Shown: positions 48,998 to 64,000 of the stretch, piece after piece | How positions within the stretch are numbered: position 1 is the first letter of the stretch | Layout of the letters: each line of letters opens with the position of its first letter | Assembly: GCA_022605425.2 (NCBI GenBank) | Contig: CM061255.1 | Location: 310,001 to 374,000, forward strand | DNA length: 64,000 nucleotides | Direction: 5' to 3' | DNA from: Hamiltosporidium tvaerminnensis FI-OER-3-3 | Lineage: Eukaryota > Fungi > Microsporidia | The notes under the pieces: generated by a model | Database searches by the model: none | What the model was told of the DNA's origin: nothing | What the model saw: only the letters and a program-made list of their open reading frames with translations | Made by a program: the position numbers and the translations under genes

Positions 48998-49204
48998 ATG
49001 ATTCATATTCGTATAAAAGTCATTAAACTAATAATCGGAACAGAATATAAGAATGAACACAATTCCACCATAAATAAAATTGCTTTAACAAACAAAAAAT
49101 ACTGTGGAATGCATCCAGCGGCTGTAAAAGATTATGTAAATATATGTGGTAGGTGCGGAAATTTGCTCTTAAATAAATTTAAAGTACCAAATCGGATCCT
49201 ATAA
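48998..49204 (+). pseudogene. Integrase zinc-binding (HHCC/H2C2)-like remnant
   Basis: EHNSTINK...NKKYCGMHPAAVKDYVNICGRC resembles H..G.NK...KY.G....VK.YV..C..C. Confidence 0.45.
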
Positions 49205-52200
49205 ATTTCGCTTATAATTATGAAAACATTAGATAAAAATGATTTTAACTCTATTCCTATGACTCCACAAAATTCTTTTGACAGATTTTCTGATGATGAA
49301 ACATATATTTAATAAATTTTATTGCGTTGCCTAACTATACTATGTTAATAGTCGAAAAAATGCGAAAAAAAAAAACAGATTTAAATAAAGAGTTTAAAAG
49401 AATAGGATAATGATTTTTATTATTATTCAAACATCTTATTGATAATCTTATTTTATTATTTAACATCTAATTTTCTTTTGCTTTTATTTTTTAAATATTA
49501 TTTTTATACATACATTGCCAATCAATTACCAGCCAAAATTCCTAACATACTCTTTCCCGCAAAAAAATGTATAAATACATTCATTTCAAATTAACTTCAT
49601 CTTAATTAGCACGCAGAAAATTTCTGCGTTTCTTTAGCATTGGTTAATGGTAAAGCAAAATATAAGAGGCGGAATGGGAAAGATACATTTTTAAATACGA
49701 CTGTACATGAAAAAAACATATAGAAACATCTACTTTGTTCAAAAAAATGGACACCTTAAAATATGTTTTTAAATTTTAGGATCACTCTTAAAAACATTCA
49801 TGTGTAGTAATAACTAAATTAATTGTTCCATTCTTCTTAAGAGAAGATTAGAAACTAGTAATTTTATAAGTTATTCTGAAAGATGCTCTGATAACAAGTG
49901 TGTTGTAACAGCTGTTGTCGCGTCTTCTTGTATCGGATACATATTATGGCATTACCCTTCGTGTAAACGACATACACCAATTTAAAGTTTCAACACAGCG
50001 AATAGCTTCGATATACAAAGCAATAAACAATGGCTTAAGTATATATGTAGATCTATTAAGTTATAGAAAATTTTATTTTAGCAAAAAAAGCATTGCTAAA
50101 AGGCTCGGAATGCTAACTATAAAAGCTTGCAGAATAATTTTCATGTCTAAATGTAAAATTCTGAATATGATTAACAGGTTATAAACGATTTCCTCCTTAA
50201 AGTTTCAACTTTTTTCGATGTTAATATTATCTCGGAAGTTTATCAAACAACATACTTATAATAAATTTTTCAATTAATAATTACAAACGAACGATGTTTT
50301 AGAAAACAAGAAAAATATTATAAAAGCTAAGCGTTTTATTTTAATGTTCTTTTAAAGAATTACTAAAAAAAATGGCTCTATAAAAAAAAGCTAATTTTTC
50401 GTATTAATTTCTATGAATATTCAAATTATTTCAATATTAGTAAATTAATAATTTTTATTATTGCCAGTCAGAGATTTTAATTTATGAATCTACAATTTTT
50501 TTTATTTATATTTCTACAGTAGTTAAATGTGAAGCTTAAAACTGAAATTTTTATTTTTTATTTTCATGGTTCGTTCATATAATGAACGATTTTAAAAAGT
50601 CATTATTGTTCTATTACAGAAATATTTTTATTAGAAGAGTCTATTGATTCCTTGGGTTCTTTGTATCATATATTCGAAATATTCTTTTTAATATAAATTT
50701 TATTTAATAGTTATAACATGAATATAGACAACATTAGCGTTATTTTACAGTTATTTGTAACGAAATTAAGAATAATAAATTTTTCCTATCTTACAACATT
50801 CAAGGAACTTAAATGATACCCGTGCTAATACTAGAGCACAATAAATTTAGTGATGTTTAATTAAAGAACTTTGAAGCCTTTAGATATGGCTTTTATATTT
50901 TTATTTTCTTTTTTTTAACAATACTATCATTCAAGTTAAGATAAAAATTAATCCTTGGATCGAGCAAATAAGAAATATTCTCAATAGAATCAATGAAGAA
51001 TCATTATTTTATGTTTATAATGAAGATTCAATATCAACTTTTGAAATCCCTTTTATTCTGTAACTAGTAATATCTTTAAAATAACTATAACAAAATTTCG
51101 GTTATTTTCCTATATCTTCTCGAAGTTAGCTTATAAATATTCTTATCTTCTTTAAATTTTTAGTGTGAAAAAACAAATCTTTTGTGAAACAAAAAGAATT
51201 TGATTAAAATATATAATTGCAAATGTTAGAACAATAAAAAAAAATAACGAAATTTATTGAATATGTGTAAAGGTTTGGGGTATATATTTTTTCAGCATAA
51301 AATTTTCGAGAATTCATTGTAAGGAACTATATTTAAAATTATAGACATATTTTAAAAATTAGTGTTACATGATTTGAATAATATATTTAGTTAAATAGCT
51401 GCTCAAAAGTTTTTTTTAACAAACAAAATAAAAAAGTTAGAAGTAATACATTAGTTCTAGATTGCTGTTTAAAAATCTATTTTTGTTTATATAATGAACA
51501 TAGACACGTTAACGTCTTATGGATATATAATTCAAGAAAAGTTATGATCGAAATCATCTTGTAACGTTTTTTTAAAAAATTCGAATTATTATTTTTAAAA
51601 ATTATGTATAAATCAAAAAAGCATAATTCGAAGTTAGAAATAGATTATTCCATGAAATCGGCTGAACTTTAAATGAAAATGAATAGCCATAGGCTCGCGC
51701 CACGCCGAGATATAATATACGAACTGTATAAAATGTTGAAATAGATTTACATGTTTTTCTATATGTGGCGTATTCTAATTCAGAAAAAGAAAGGGTTTCT
51801 GTGGAAGTGCTTTAATCTTATTCTGTGAGAAAAATGGCGATAGTATTTGTATGATGATTCGTTTTATAATATGTAATAAGCAACGGCATATAAATTTTTA
51901 ATTCTGATTTCTCGACTTTTATTTGTAACTTTAAAACGAATCTTTATAAATATCATATAGGTGTATCAATCAGAAGAAGGGTGGAGCAAGGATAACGATT
52001 GCTTTTCTGACGATAACAGATTTTCAGAAATTTTATTACAAAATTAAAGCGCTATTAATTTTTTTTCTTTTGAATTATCGAATTAATTTTAAAAAAATTT
52101 AATTTAAAACTAGTCTTTTCACTCCGGCATTTCTACCAAAAAGCTATTTATACCCAATCTAATTAACAAAGCATTGAAAAATATAAATTAATTATAAATA

Positions 52201-55200
52201 AAAATATTTTACATGTATGGTTTGCGGGGAAACCAATGGGTTATCTAAGCATGTTATTTTTATGTTTCCAAATAAATTAGTACAAAAATCTAGATTTTTT
52301 CTTGTACAAGAATTCTTCAAATAAATAATAAAATATATTTAAGCAATAAAACAAACTAGGAAAAATCTTAAAAACTAGTCTATCGTGAAAATATCTGGTA
52401 AAACAACTTTCTAAAACTTAAAATATTTTATGCGAAGTTCCAATGTCCCGTAACTATCTTAAAGTTGCTAGTTTTGTCCATGTTTGCAATACTACAAATA
52501 TTAATAAAAAATATGATATCAGTCATCAACAAAAAAAAATATCGGAGATTTTCTCCTATTTATTTGTATTTTCTGAGCTAAAGTATGTGATTTTAAAATT
52601 GTTTACGGTGTTTTAGTAAAGTTTGCAACCACAAGATGCATGTTTGGAAAGATTGCCACTGCCACACCCAATTTAGTTTCATTCATAATGAAAAACATTT
52701 GCATATGAAAAACCAATGATAATGTATAAAATGTGGTCTGGTATCATCAATACCGTTAGCAGTTGGATTTTTATTCTGCAAAGAAAAATAAATGGCTTTG
52801 AAACTAAAGCTTTTTAAAGCCTTACTTATAAAAATAATCATTTATTTACTGAAGTGCATCAGAATATTGTAAATGTGTAAATTTTCTTTTAAAAAAGAAA
52901 TTTTATAGCTCCAATATTGTTTGAAAACCATATTAATAATATTTAATAGGGAAAGCTGAAAATCTCCTTTAAAACTGTAAGAGTCAAAGAAAGTAATATA
53001 AATCAATAAAGCTTCTCTTTTTATCTAGTAAAAAAACTCTATTTCAATAAATTTCGTGTATTATGAAAACGAAGAGCGTATTCTCCTTATGATATGCAAA
53101 TATATCTTCTATTATGTGCAAGAAAATTTAAAAAAGAACATTAATATATTTTTAAACACTTCAAAAACAATAACGGCAAGAAATTCCAACATACAAATTT
53201 TTGAACAATTATTTTTTTACAAAGAATGAGCTTTTATCAGAATTTCTTTGAATTTTTAAAAGCAATCAAATCTTTCTTTCGAATTCAAAGATTTACCAAC
53301 GGATTTTTTAGTTTTTAAAACCTCGTTATTTACTTAAAATACATTTCTGTGGTTATATGCTACTCTATTTCTGGAAATACGCAGAGTAGGTATGGTTTTT
53401 TAGAGAAAAATTTGTATTCCATAAGTATAGTTATTGTTCATAGCTAATATTTCTCATGAAACATCTAAAAACCAAAACATAATCGAGAAGGCAGATAAAA
53501 ATATAAGAAGCATCAAAATATCTAGTAAAAACCAGACACCTATTTGCGATATAAAAATAACACAGAGTATTTAAAAAAAAGTATCTGGGAATCGCATTAG
53601 TAATTTATTTAGTTCTTTCTTTTGATACTTGAAATTAATAGAATATTTCTTTTTCCATCTATAATCTGTCTTAATGATTTAGACAATTGGATTGTACTTC
53701 AGGTAAGAACTTGGTTGGGGTTAAATCTAGAAAAGAAATTTGATATGAAAGATGCTACGCGTAAAAAGATTCGAGATAAAAACGAGGCAAAAATAAAAGA
53801 AATAGACAAAGATTACATAAATTGAATTTGTTAAAGATATTTAAACCAGATTAAAACCTAAAACATAATTTGAATATATATTTAAACAAGATTGAAACTT
53901 ATAACATAATTCGACTAAATATTCTTAGTATAACCATATGTGATAGAACACGCTATCGTGATATAAAAATCTTATTTAGTCTTTTAAAAAAAATTTGTCA
54001 TTTATTTTTACATTATGATGAATGTGAAAAAAGTAAAATACAAATAATGAAGTTTAGCACACATTCGTAAAAAATATTTTCTAAGCTGAAAAATGTTCTA
54101 AAAAATGGTCTAATTAAAGACAAATATATTTTTGGTTAACAATCTATGCAATTACTTCACTATAATAAAACAAAAACCTAACTAGTAAGTTTATAAATAA
54201 TCTATTTAAGAAAATCCAAATTGATCGTAATCGTTGACTTTTGAAATTTAATCTTCTATGAACTCTGCTTTTAATATTTTGTAATAGATAGTTCAATAAA
54301 TCCAGTATATTTTCAACGATTTTAATATTTTGAACATATAGATAAATTAATATTTTAATCATTATTTTTTCAGTGAAATCTGCGGACAACTTTCTAAACA
54401 AAATTTTTTTGTGCATTGTAGTATTCTACTACATAATTATGGGTTATCGAAATTCTCTTATGAAATATGAAATTATATTTTATTAAAACTTTATTGGTTG
54501 AAGAAAGAAAAACAAAGAATTGAAATAATAAATTAAATAAACCATTTTATTAATAAAAACAACTCTTTATCTACACGGATAAAAAAACCTTCACTTCGAA
54601 TGATAGAGCTGCTTCTATCAAAGATACCTTTTATCTGGGTGCCTCGAGAGAGATTACGACAGGCATATTTACTAAAATTTAATACGCATTGATGTAGCAT
54701 AAAATTTCATAAAATTGCTCGAGGCTGAAAAGCAAAAATATTTGACAAAAATAAAAAAATAACAGGAAAATATATGTACCCAAATGTATGTCTTATAACC
54801 AATTTATGACCTTTTAATCGTGTCGAAATTTATAATATTTGCTAGTTTAAAACAATTAAGAATTTTCAAAGAGGGGTGTGCATAGTATTTTTAACAAATA
54901 TATATTTTGACTTATAAAATAAGCCAACAATTTCTCTTAAATTTCTCCATCAAAATATAAGATTGGAAACATTTTAATATTATTTTTTTTTAAACCTGAA
55001 TTTTAAACAATCATTAAGAATAATGTTAAAGTAATCTTGTAATGAATAAGTCCTCTTTTTTTATTTGTCTTGTATATACCTTTTTGAGGCGCATTAGAAA
55101 AAAAATACAATGTTGAGAATACACTTAAATATAAATTCAATTAATAAATAATTTTTTGTTCATCGGTGAAGAAAACTCTTTGAAGCAAAGAAACTGGCTA

Positions 55201-58200
55201 ATATAAATCTAGAAACAGCCGTTTAATGTAATAATAAGCTTAAAAATTAAAAGGCGAAATCAACTACAAATAAAATGTGTTGTGAAAATATTGTTACTTT
55301 TTTTAGTGTAGTATGCACCGCAAATACTCTGAAATGATCAAAGATGCCAGCATAATTAATTATTTGGTTTATTTATGAATCCGAATGCAAAGTTATGCAA
55401 ATTTTTAAACAAATTTTATGCAAATTTATCAAAAAAGCTATTTTCTTTAATTGATGAACCTTTAATGTGGTTAATTAAATATCCAATTAAATTACTCTAA
55501 ATATGACTAGATTTTCATTAAGTTTAGTTCATGCGTTTGTGTATATGCGATAAATAAAATGCGAATCAGATTGGGAGGAAAGTGGTATACATGTCCATTC
55601 TTTGAACCTGCAAAATAAATTCTTAGTGCTAATTTTTGGAGCAAACATACAATTCTGCTATGCCAGATCCTTCATAAGGAAATATATCAATGTTCCAAAA
55701 TAACGCAGTATAAAAAATAGAATCTGCCAGGAATCCAGGTAAACTAAACGAAAAGCCTTATTCAGGTTTATCAAAACTATAGGAGGAGATAAAAATGAAA
55801 ATAAAATCAGTCTATTTAACGATTCATATAATATAAAAATAAAATAGAAACTTCATTTAAAGTTTAATTGCTAGAAAAAACGATCGTTAAGCTGGTTTAC
55901 TTAATCATACAATGAAAAGAAATAAAAAGACATTTATTTGCTAAACTGTTTTCTAGTATTGGTGGGGAAAATGTAGTTATGGTAGAAAAAAAAAGTATCA
56001 TCATTAAACAACTATATTTGCTAAGATTTAACAAACAACACGTCTATTTTTGCAGTTAATTTGTTCGCTCCGAACATCTTGTCTTTTTAAACGAATATAA
56101 ATGAATTTTTAAAACTAATACATTACCTCTGCTTCTAAAAATTATTGAAATTACTCAAACAAAAACCTACGTTTGGGAAAACTAAAAGAGGTGTAAATTC
56201 GAAATAAACCACATGATGTTTTTTAACATGCGAAAAACTGCGCATACTTACACTCCCCGAAGCTGCAATTTAATTTCTTCGGAGATGATCCCTTCAGATT
56301 TCAACTTTAAAAATCCAAAAAGCCAAGACCTTTTCTAAAGAGTCACATTTTTACTTGATGTAGTACCGAAATAATTTTGTGTATTTATTTGGCAAGTTAT
56401 TGTGACAAAAACCATAAAGTATATAGGATGAAGATTATAACACATAAAGACTGGAAGAATTTGTATAATCGATGATCGCAAAAAAAAATATAAATTTAAC
56501 TATAGTTGAGTAATTTATATCACCGTGTAAGAACAAACTTAAAAGATACTTAAAAACTAGCATATCTGAAACCCCTGAATTAGCCAACAATATACGTGAA
56601 ACAAAAATGCTTTGATCCGAAAAAAATCGTAAAATAAGAAGGTGCTCAGATAACTAAAAATAAATTTCCCTATCTTAAGAGTTGTATCATAGAATCATGG
56701 ATATTTACAGCGAAATTTTAAATTTCAAGATAAATATCTAGCTAAAGATGGTGGTTAAGATTATGTGGGCTTACTATCGAAAAATGAAGTAACGAAGCCA
56801 GATTTTTCGTGAACAAAGTTTTTGGTTCATATTTTTTTTCTATTTTCGACTTCTTGATATTCAATATTTTAATAAAGCAGCTAGAAAATGTTTAGACAAA
56901 ATCATTTAAACTTAAAATTTACATATGTGTTTAAATACGACTACTTGTTTATTTAACAACGCAACATGGTGTATAAAATTTTGATTTTTTATTTCCTAAT
57001 TTTTATGCATCTATTTTCGCTAGTTTTTATTACAGGGAAATTTTAAATAAAATCATACTCATTCATTTTTATTTTGTGAGTAATTGCATTTTTTCGGCAG
57101 TAATATCTTATTTTACTTAATTCTAGCAAAAGAGTACAAATTGTCAAGAGAAAAACCAATATTCTAAATTCATTTTTAAGAATTTTTTATCTAAATCATT
57201 TTACTATAGGGATATTTCTTAGTTATTTAAAAAAGCTTCTTGTATTTTACATTCTATTTGTTCTAATCCATATAGTATATCTATAATACTATAAAACAAA
57301 CATTAGATAGATTATATTACTAGTGAATGTTGCTAACGAATTCTAGAGTCTATGATAAAATAATCATGACTTTATTTTTTTATGAAAATCGCTATAAAGT
57401 AAAACCATTTAGGTTTAAAAATTGTCTATTTAAAACCATCTCAACAAATATAGCGTTTAAAGATAGCTTTGACCTCGTAACTACCATTTAAAGAATTTAG
57501 CAACATATTTTCCTTATATGCCATATAGAAAACAAAGCTACAAAATATTCAAGGAATTTTTAATGGTTTTGGAGGCATTATATGAATTTAAAGAGAAGAT
57601 TAATTTTAAAAGCAATCCGGTTTAACTTTTTGAATCTTATAAGATCAGCTTATATTGTTATATGCTTCAAATTACAGAATTTTGAATTTATGTAATTTCC
57701 ACCTCAATTATATACAAAGTATATGCCCGAAATAATGCTGAATCAATGTTACTGCTCGCTTTGTTTTGATAATAATTTTTTAAATACCTCTCACTGTCTC
57801 TTTAAATTAGAAGGACGAGAAAGTTCTGGTTCGATGAAAATGTTTACATATATAGAAAAAAAAAGAAGTAAAGATGTCCAACATGTTCAAACACCGTTAT
57901 ATGTTAATTCGAACTTGTAATGCATAATTTTAAGCTGATAAAATCGGTTCGTAGAATATTTTCGGCATTGTTCTGATAGAATTATTCTATCATACCCCTC
58001 TTTTATAACTGCTCAAAATTTGCCAACAAAATGCGCATATAATGTCTATATTTAGTTATTAAAGAAGTATATAGTAGATTTTATCAATTAAAACTTGATA
58101 GTAACTCAGCGAAGCATTTACAAACAATACAGGTAGTGCAAAAAATTATCTCAATTCTTAGAGAAGTATTGGGTTATACTACTCTAATAAATAAAAGATT

Positions 58201-61026
58201 GTTTTATTGGGTCAAAGGCCTGAACTTCTCTCAATATAAATTAAATATTTAGATTTTTGCTGGATTATAGAGTTATATAAAATCAAGAGGTATCATTATA
58301 TGTTAATTCAGCAATTCCGATTAAGATAATAAAAGAGTTCTGCAGGCGAATACTACTGCTGTCTAAAAAGATTGTCAACGTGTCTAACACTCATGAGAAT
58401 ATATCTGGTTTGAAGCTATTTTTACAAATCAAATCATCTCGTTCCGATGACTAGTACTATATAAAGAAACACGGTCGCCTTGTTATTTTTAAATGCACAT
58501 AGAACCTAACATGTGAAAAACCCAAAATTACACTATAATCTCACAAAATTATTGATTTTATTAGCCTGACATTGTAACAAGATCAAATAACTTTTATATA
58601 AACAACTGCCAAATATACAAAATTAAAAAAGTTTTCGGATATTTTATTAAAATGTAGTATAATATATACACGATCGTATATTTCGTATATAAGTAAACAG
58701 TAGGATTATTATCTACAAGAATTTTTCTATCTGACTATTCAGCCCCTTCGATTTCAACCAAAACTATTTATTCTATAAGATATTTTGCTTTTATATATTG
58801 TGATCATATCTATGTAATTTATAGATAAAATAACACCATCCATAATTACTCTTATATTTTAATTTTATAAAAAAATTTCGAATATATAGTGAATATAAAG
58901 AATGTAACATAAATAAAGTTTGAATGCAGTTATGCTAAAGTAAAAATGTTCCGTTTTATGGCTTAATCATAGGCTAGACAGTTGTTTTACTTCGATTAAA
59001 ATGTTCATTTTTTATATATTTGAGAAGGTACAGGAATATTCTCACCATGAAATACGGCTTTAAACCTTGAAAATTGTGGTATATATGTAAACTTATACGT
59101 TAGAATAAGATAAATTACACCATGATGAATGTACAATATTTAGTTATTAAGGGCTTTATAGCCTTAATATACGACATTTATATTAAAATATTTTTTTTTG
59201 TTTATAAAATTATTAATTTTAAAGTTGTATATTTTGAATTGTTTTTTGTTCTTAATATCTCGGAATATCCGTCTTTTTCGATCTGATATCTGATTAATAC
59301 AAGGCGCATATAAGTCATCTTTATTGGTTTCTGTTACAATTTATTTATGCTATGATTGGGAATGTGTTTTAAATTTTGGTAAAAACGGCATTCCAAAGTG
59401 AATTTAGATCACAAAAACTTTTTTAAATTAAAGAGAAAATATATCTTATTCTTACTTTATAAAGAAGAAAATTCGATTCTAATTTATAAAATTTCAGTCA
59501 GTGATTTACTTCTTTACTGCTAGTTGAAGTATAAAATTATTATGATTAACGAAATAAAAATTTTTCGTTTTTGACCATGTAATATTTTATAAATTGTTAA
59601 TGTTCTTCTAATTCTTTATTGTTTTAAATTTTTTATACCTTTATTTTATTCTGAAAAAATTGTTTCCGTATTTATTATTTTGATGAAACAAAATTTTTTT
59701 CGCTTGGATATAATATAATAGACATTTACTAACCTATTCTTAAATTATTTATAATTATTATTATTATTCAAACCGAAACGTGAAATTTGGTTTTATATTG
59801 TACTTACAATACTTTGTACGTTTTTTTTAATAGGGTTCTACACATCATGGTCATTTAATTGTAAGCTTCAATGGAAGTTGAATAGAAAACCAATATAAAT
59901 TACAAAACAAAATTTTACGAAACATTTTATAATTACATTTGCAGTTTTCTATATTTTTTTTATGGAATAAACGATTCCATTATGATTCAAAAACCTATTA
60001 TTTAAATACTTCAGCTACTGGTAAATTTAAGAAAAGCAACATTCATTTTATAGTTAAAGACGTTTATTTCTAATATATTTGATTTGAAATATTTTATATA
60101 ATTCTGGTTTGTATATATTTACGGTTTATTTAGCTTGTACTTCATATTCCTTATGCATGTTGATTTATATTTTTGTAAAAATTTGTAATTTAACTAACTT
60201 TATTCAAGTTTTAGTATGAATATCACATAAAAATTAAAGATATAGATTAAAAATTGTGTGTATTATTTTATTCTTGCAGAATATTGCAGAATTAACATTA
60301 ATAAAGCTCATCGAAGTTAAAAAAAGAGGAGGTTATATATGGGTTAACATCTATTTAGATTGGAAAAATTTTCTGTTTTAAGAAACATTCACACAATGAC
60401 TTAAATTCGAATGTAGTGGAATAAAAGATTGTGGTTTACGCAAAAAATTGCTACCAGTTGTGAAATGATTAAAACAGTGGCTGTTCATATACTGTGACGC
60501 GATTTAATAAATATATATGTTGTAAAGTCTTTTTTATTTCGTTTATATTTATGAATTTTTCCGTTAATTGAACTAAAACAAAATTTTTGGATTAATTTAT
60601 AGTCATATTACTATATGTTAATCATTTTAAAACCAATTTTAATATCTCTTAATATTATTTTATCATTTTGGCATTAATTACCATAAAATTCATATAAATA
60701 TAAGGATTTTTAAATTATATAATATAACATTAAAAATATATTGTTCTAAGATCAATTTAAAACCCATTATATTATAGGAAATATGCATTCCTTGTGACAA
60801 ATCATGTTGTCTGCTTGCTATATTTTTATAAAGATAATCCAATAGGTTTTTTACTATTGACAAAAGGGTATAATCATTCAATTATTGTATATTTTCATAA
60901 TTTTTAGAATTGTGCTAACTTAAAATTCATATTCAAATTTAATTTTTTTGATAAAAATAGAACTTTTGAACCATTATGCATAAACTTCAATCATTATAAT
61001 TTAATACTTTTGCTTATTATCTACCT

Positions 61027-61734
61027 AAATAAAATAAATAAATAAATAAAATTCGGCTTTATTGATAAAAAGTTTTCAGCACTACTCGTTGTATTGTTTT
61101 TAAAGGGAAACTAAGCTATTCATTTCCATACCATGCACCACACTCAAAAACAAAAATCCAATAAAACCGACCCGGCTGTGTACAGCCACCATATCCACAT
61201 TTGGACTTCGGTTCTAGAAGGTCACATAAAAATCCCTAAAATCCCACACTTACACATTAACGTCCGGCACGTCAAGTCTTCAACATATCATTTCTGATTT
61301 GTTAAGTCTTTAACTGTGCCGAACAAATTTGCTGCAGCCCAGCAGCTTGCCACTCCCCTTCCAAGAGCACTTTTTATACCTTTCTTTTCCTTAGTATAAG
61401 AAGATTTCAAACACAATTTGATTCCTAATGGAATCTTCGATCCAATCACATTCAGGTAGACTCATCTTGATGTTAAAGTAAGGGTTTTAGCATCGACAAG
61501 TGCCTAGGTAAACCGAGAATCTCGTTGCGTCGCAGTCGCATTTACCTCTTTGTATCGCCCCAGAAGAAATATGCTCACCGATTGAGCAACTTGCTGTTCC
61601 CGTTGGAACGGCGCTTAACGCCACGTAAAACTATAGTACATTCCGTCGTAACATAAAACCGTAAGGGGGTTTTGCTTGATCACACTTAGCGTTACCCAAC
61701 GAGAACCACGTGGAGGTGGTGATCATCTCTCGTC
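61027..61734 (-). mobile_element. Mirror copy of the 708-bp ribozyme-headed element
   Basis: TSD GCTTATTATCTACCT at 61012-61026 and 61735-61749. Same flanks as 37350-38057, so it was copied with the arm and is not an independent insertion. Confidence 0.9.
61677..61734 (-). ncRNA. Minimal HDV-like ribozyme (element copy, mirror arm)
   Basis: Exact reverse complement of 37350-37407. Confidence 0.9.
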
Positions 61735-63295
61735 GCTTATTATCTACCTTATATTTTTATTGTCTTTGTTCAATCTATTGAATTAATTTTATATTTCTGG
61801 TATATATTTCTTTTTAATGTAATTTGGTAACTCTGTAGTGCCAAGAATCTATTATTTTTATATAATACAAAAATTTCACTCAATTCATTCTTTTATTTTA
61901 ATATATTTGTTTTTCTAAATTTTCTTAATATTAGATCCGTTAAGTGATAACTTAAAAATCCAATTTTTCAATGGTTAACAAAAAATTTTTTATTCATTAC
62001 CAAACAGAAATTTATGCTTGATACTGATTTGAGATCCAAAAATTAAAATTTTAGAATTTTATAAATGATGCTTGTCTATCTATTTTAAACATTTGAATTA
62101 TTAAATCTACCATTATTTTTTTGAGTAAATTATTATTGGCAAATATGCCTCTATATTTTGCTTTTTCTTTTCTGTGCAGTTATATTCATAATTCAAAACT
62201 TAGCAAATATATTATTATAACGCTATAGAAAAATCTCAAATTTTAGTTAATGTTCAATAAATAAAGCCACTAGTATATTGTTTTATTCATCTCATAAAGT
62301 TTTTTTGTTAAAATTTTTTATATATCCTTTAAAGTATTTTCGCGCATCGTCGTCTATCTTTTATTTGAACAAAGAGATGCTAGTTAAGAAATTTTTTCTA
62401 TAATGTGTACATAAATTATGTTTTACAGCAATGTATGTCCATATATTTATTATTTTTTTTATTTATATGTTATCTAAGATTGACAAATATATTCTTTTTT
62501 TTGAATTTATAATTCAAATGATTAAAAGGTTAAGATCCTTGGCCATTTTAATATTCTAAACATGAATACATTAATTCCGTGATTTATATATTTTTATAAA
62601 TTTAAATTTTGATGTTATATATGGTATTTTAACAGATTTGGATATTTAATATGTAGTCTATTAGACCGTTATAATTTTCAATCTTTCTAGCATCTAGAAA
62701 TTAATGGAAATATATATAATTCGTTAAAGTAAAAAATTATCGTTATTCGAACATTCCTTTAATTTTTTTATGAAAAACAATTTGTGAATATTAAAAAGTT
62801 TGCGTTTCTGATAAAATAATATATAAAGGTAGGCAAAATATTACATTACAGTACATGTCTTAGTTTAAAAATATTGAAAACTTTGAAGCATATGAAAAAA
62901 ATAATAGATATGATACTAAATTTTTCTCAATTAGAAATCTCGATGCTGTCTTTTAAAATAGTTTTTGCTTATATAAAGGAAGAAATGTATTTAAAAATCA
63001 AATTGGTAATGAGATATCCAAGCATACATAAAGACTCTAATCTTTAAAAAGTGATATTTTAAAACATATCTGGTATGTGTTCTTATAAGTAGAATTAGTG
63101 GAAATTATTTAAATGTCACACAAATAGATTATGTAAAAAAAGCAAATGCGTTTTTGCTTAGATCCTAATTTTGTAAGGTGATAAAATGTTTCTTTCGTTA
63201 TATTTATCCTATTTGAATTTTTTTTGAAATCATTTTTTTGTTTACTTTTTTTTTAGTTTTATTAGTTTTTAATCCTTTATATTTTTTTTGATGTT

Positions 63296-63353
63296 TGATC
63301 ACTCTTGGCGTTATCCAACGAGAACCACGTGGAGGTGGTGATCATCTCTCGTC
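63296..63353 (-). ncRNA. Minimal HDV-like ribozyme abutting the 3' end of the second LSU
   Basis: Reverse complement of 35732-35789 except G40 to A (window 63314), just after P1.1. Confidence 0.87.
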
Positions 63354-63599
63354 ATGAGTGCTTGCTAGCCTCATCCACTCGCGATCTTGTGGATTACAGC
63401 TGCAGCACCCAAGCACGTCGTCTTCATGCTAGATAGTACAGTAGGGCCACGTTGAAGCTTAGAGGCCTTCAGCTCTTCCGTGCCAGGACGTTGCTTAGCC
63501 CGTACCTTACCAGATATAGGCACGACAAGAGGTCCTGCAGATTCGTTCCTTTCGTACTAGCATCTGCTCCCTTAGTACCGTAGCAGTAGTGTAAAACTA

Positions 63600-63637
<38 letters not shown>

Positions 63638-63741
63638 TGTTAGTGGGTGAACAATCCAACACTAGGTGCCTTCTGCTGCACCATGATAGGAAGAGCCGAC
63701 ATCGAAGAATCAAAAAGCAGCGTCGCTATGGTCGCTCGGCT

Positions 63742-63773
<32 letters not shown>

Positions 63774-64000
63774 ACGTCACCCATTGCTAGATGCTCTGTA
63801 AGCAATGGGATCGCTAGGCCTGGGTTTCCCCTCGTATTACCGTGTAGTAATACGTCAGGGTGGCTTTTGCCCTTGGACTACACCCTCGGTTTCTCTCCGA
63901 AGTTAGCCACCCTTAGGCCATCTGCGTTGTAGTCTAGCAGATGTACCGCCCCAGTCAAACTCCCCATCTGACAAATACGGGTCGCTTGCACAGCTAGTGG
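63354..64000 (-). rRNA. LSU rRNA, 3' part of second rDNA unit (truncated by window end)
   Basis: Reverse complement of 35085-35731. Confidence 0.97.

Larger units (their letters stand above)
58384..64000 (-). repeat. Right arm of large inverted repeat (runs off the window)
   Basis: Reverse complement of 35085-40722. Confidence 0.97.

Noticed and set aside
52200-52800. Decayed membrane-protein (Tvp38/VTT-like) gene on the minus strand
   Set aside because: One short hydrophobic stretch with stops; insufficient evidence.

Overview
Very AT-rich, gene-sparse eukaryotic DNA that looks microsporidian. Evidence: a compact ~1.3 kb SSU rRNA starting CAACAGGTTGATTCTGCCTGAC, one ~35 nt ITS, 5.8S fused to the LSU, and intronless housekeeping genes with a CCC motif just before the ATG. 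The low gene density and repeat load resemble large-genome microsporidia such as Hamiltosporidium (inference only). Positions 1-27 kb carry eight genes (ING PHD protein, Dre2, eL30, TAF12, a secreted orphan, Per1/PGAP3, Pus7, TrpRS) among two related SINE-like families with target-site duplications (TSDs) and an RLE-type retrotransposon remnant. The right half has a full rDNA unit (31.8-35.7 kb, +) and the 3' end of a second unit (63.4-64 kb, -). The two are tail-to-tail arms of a large inverted repeat around a ~17 kb spacer that holds a decayed APE/RT LINE. Main finding: a 58-nt minimal HDV-like self-cleaving ribozyme fold (all of P1, P1.1, P2, P3, L3 and the catalytic C present; P4 essentially absent) begins 1 nt after the last helix of each LSU rRNA. 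The same ribozyme forms the exact 5' end of a 708-bp TSD-flanked non-autonomous LINE derivative 1.6 kb downstream. This suggests a retroelement-type ribozyme co-opted to cut the pre-rRNA 3' end. The fold was assigned by eye and activity is untested.
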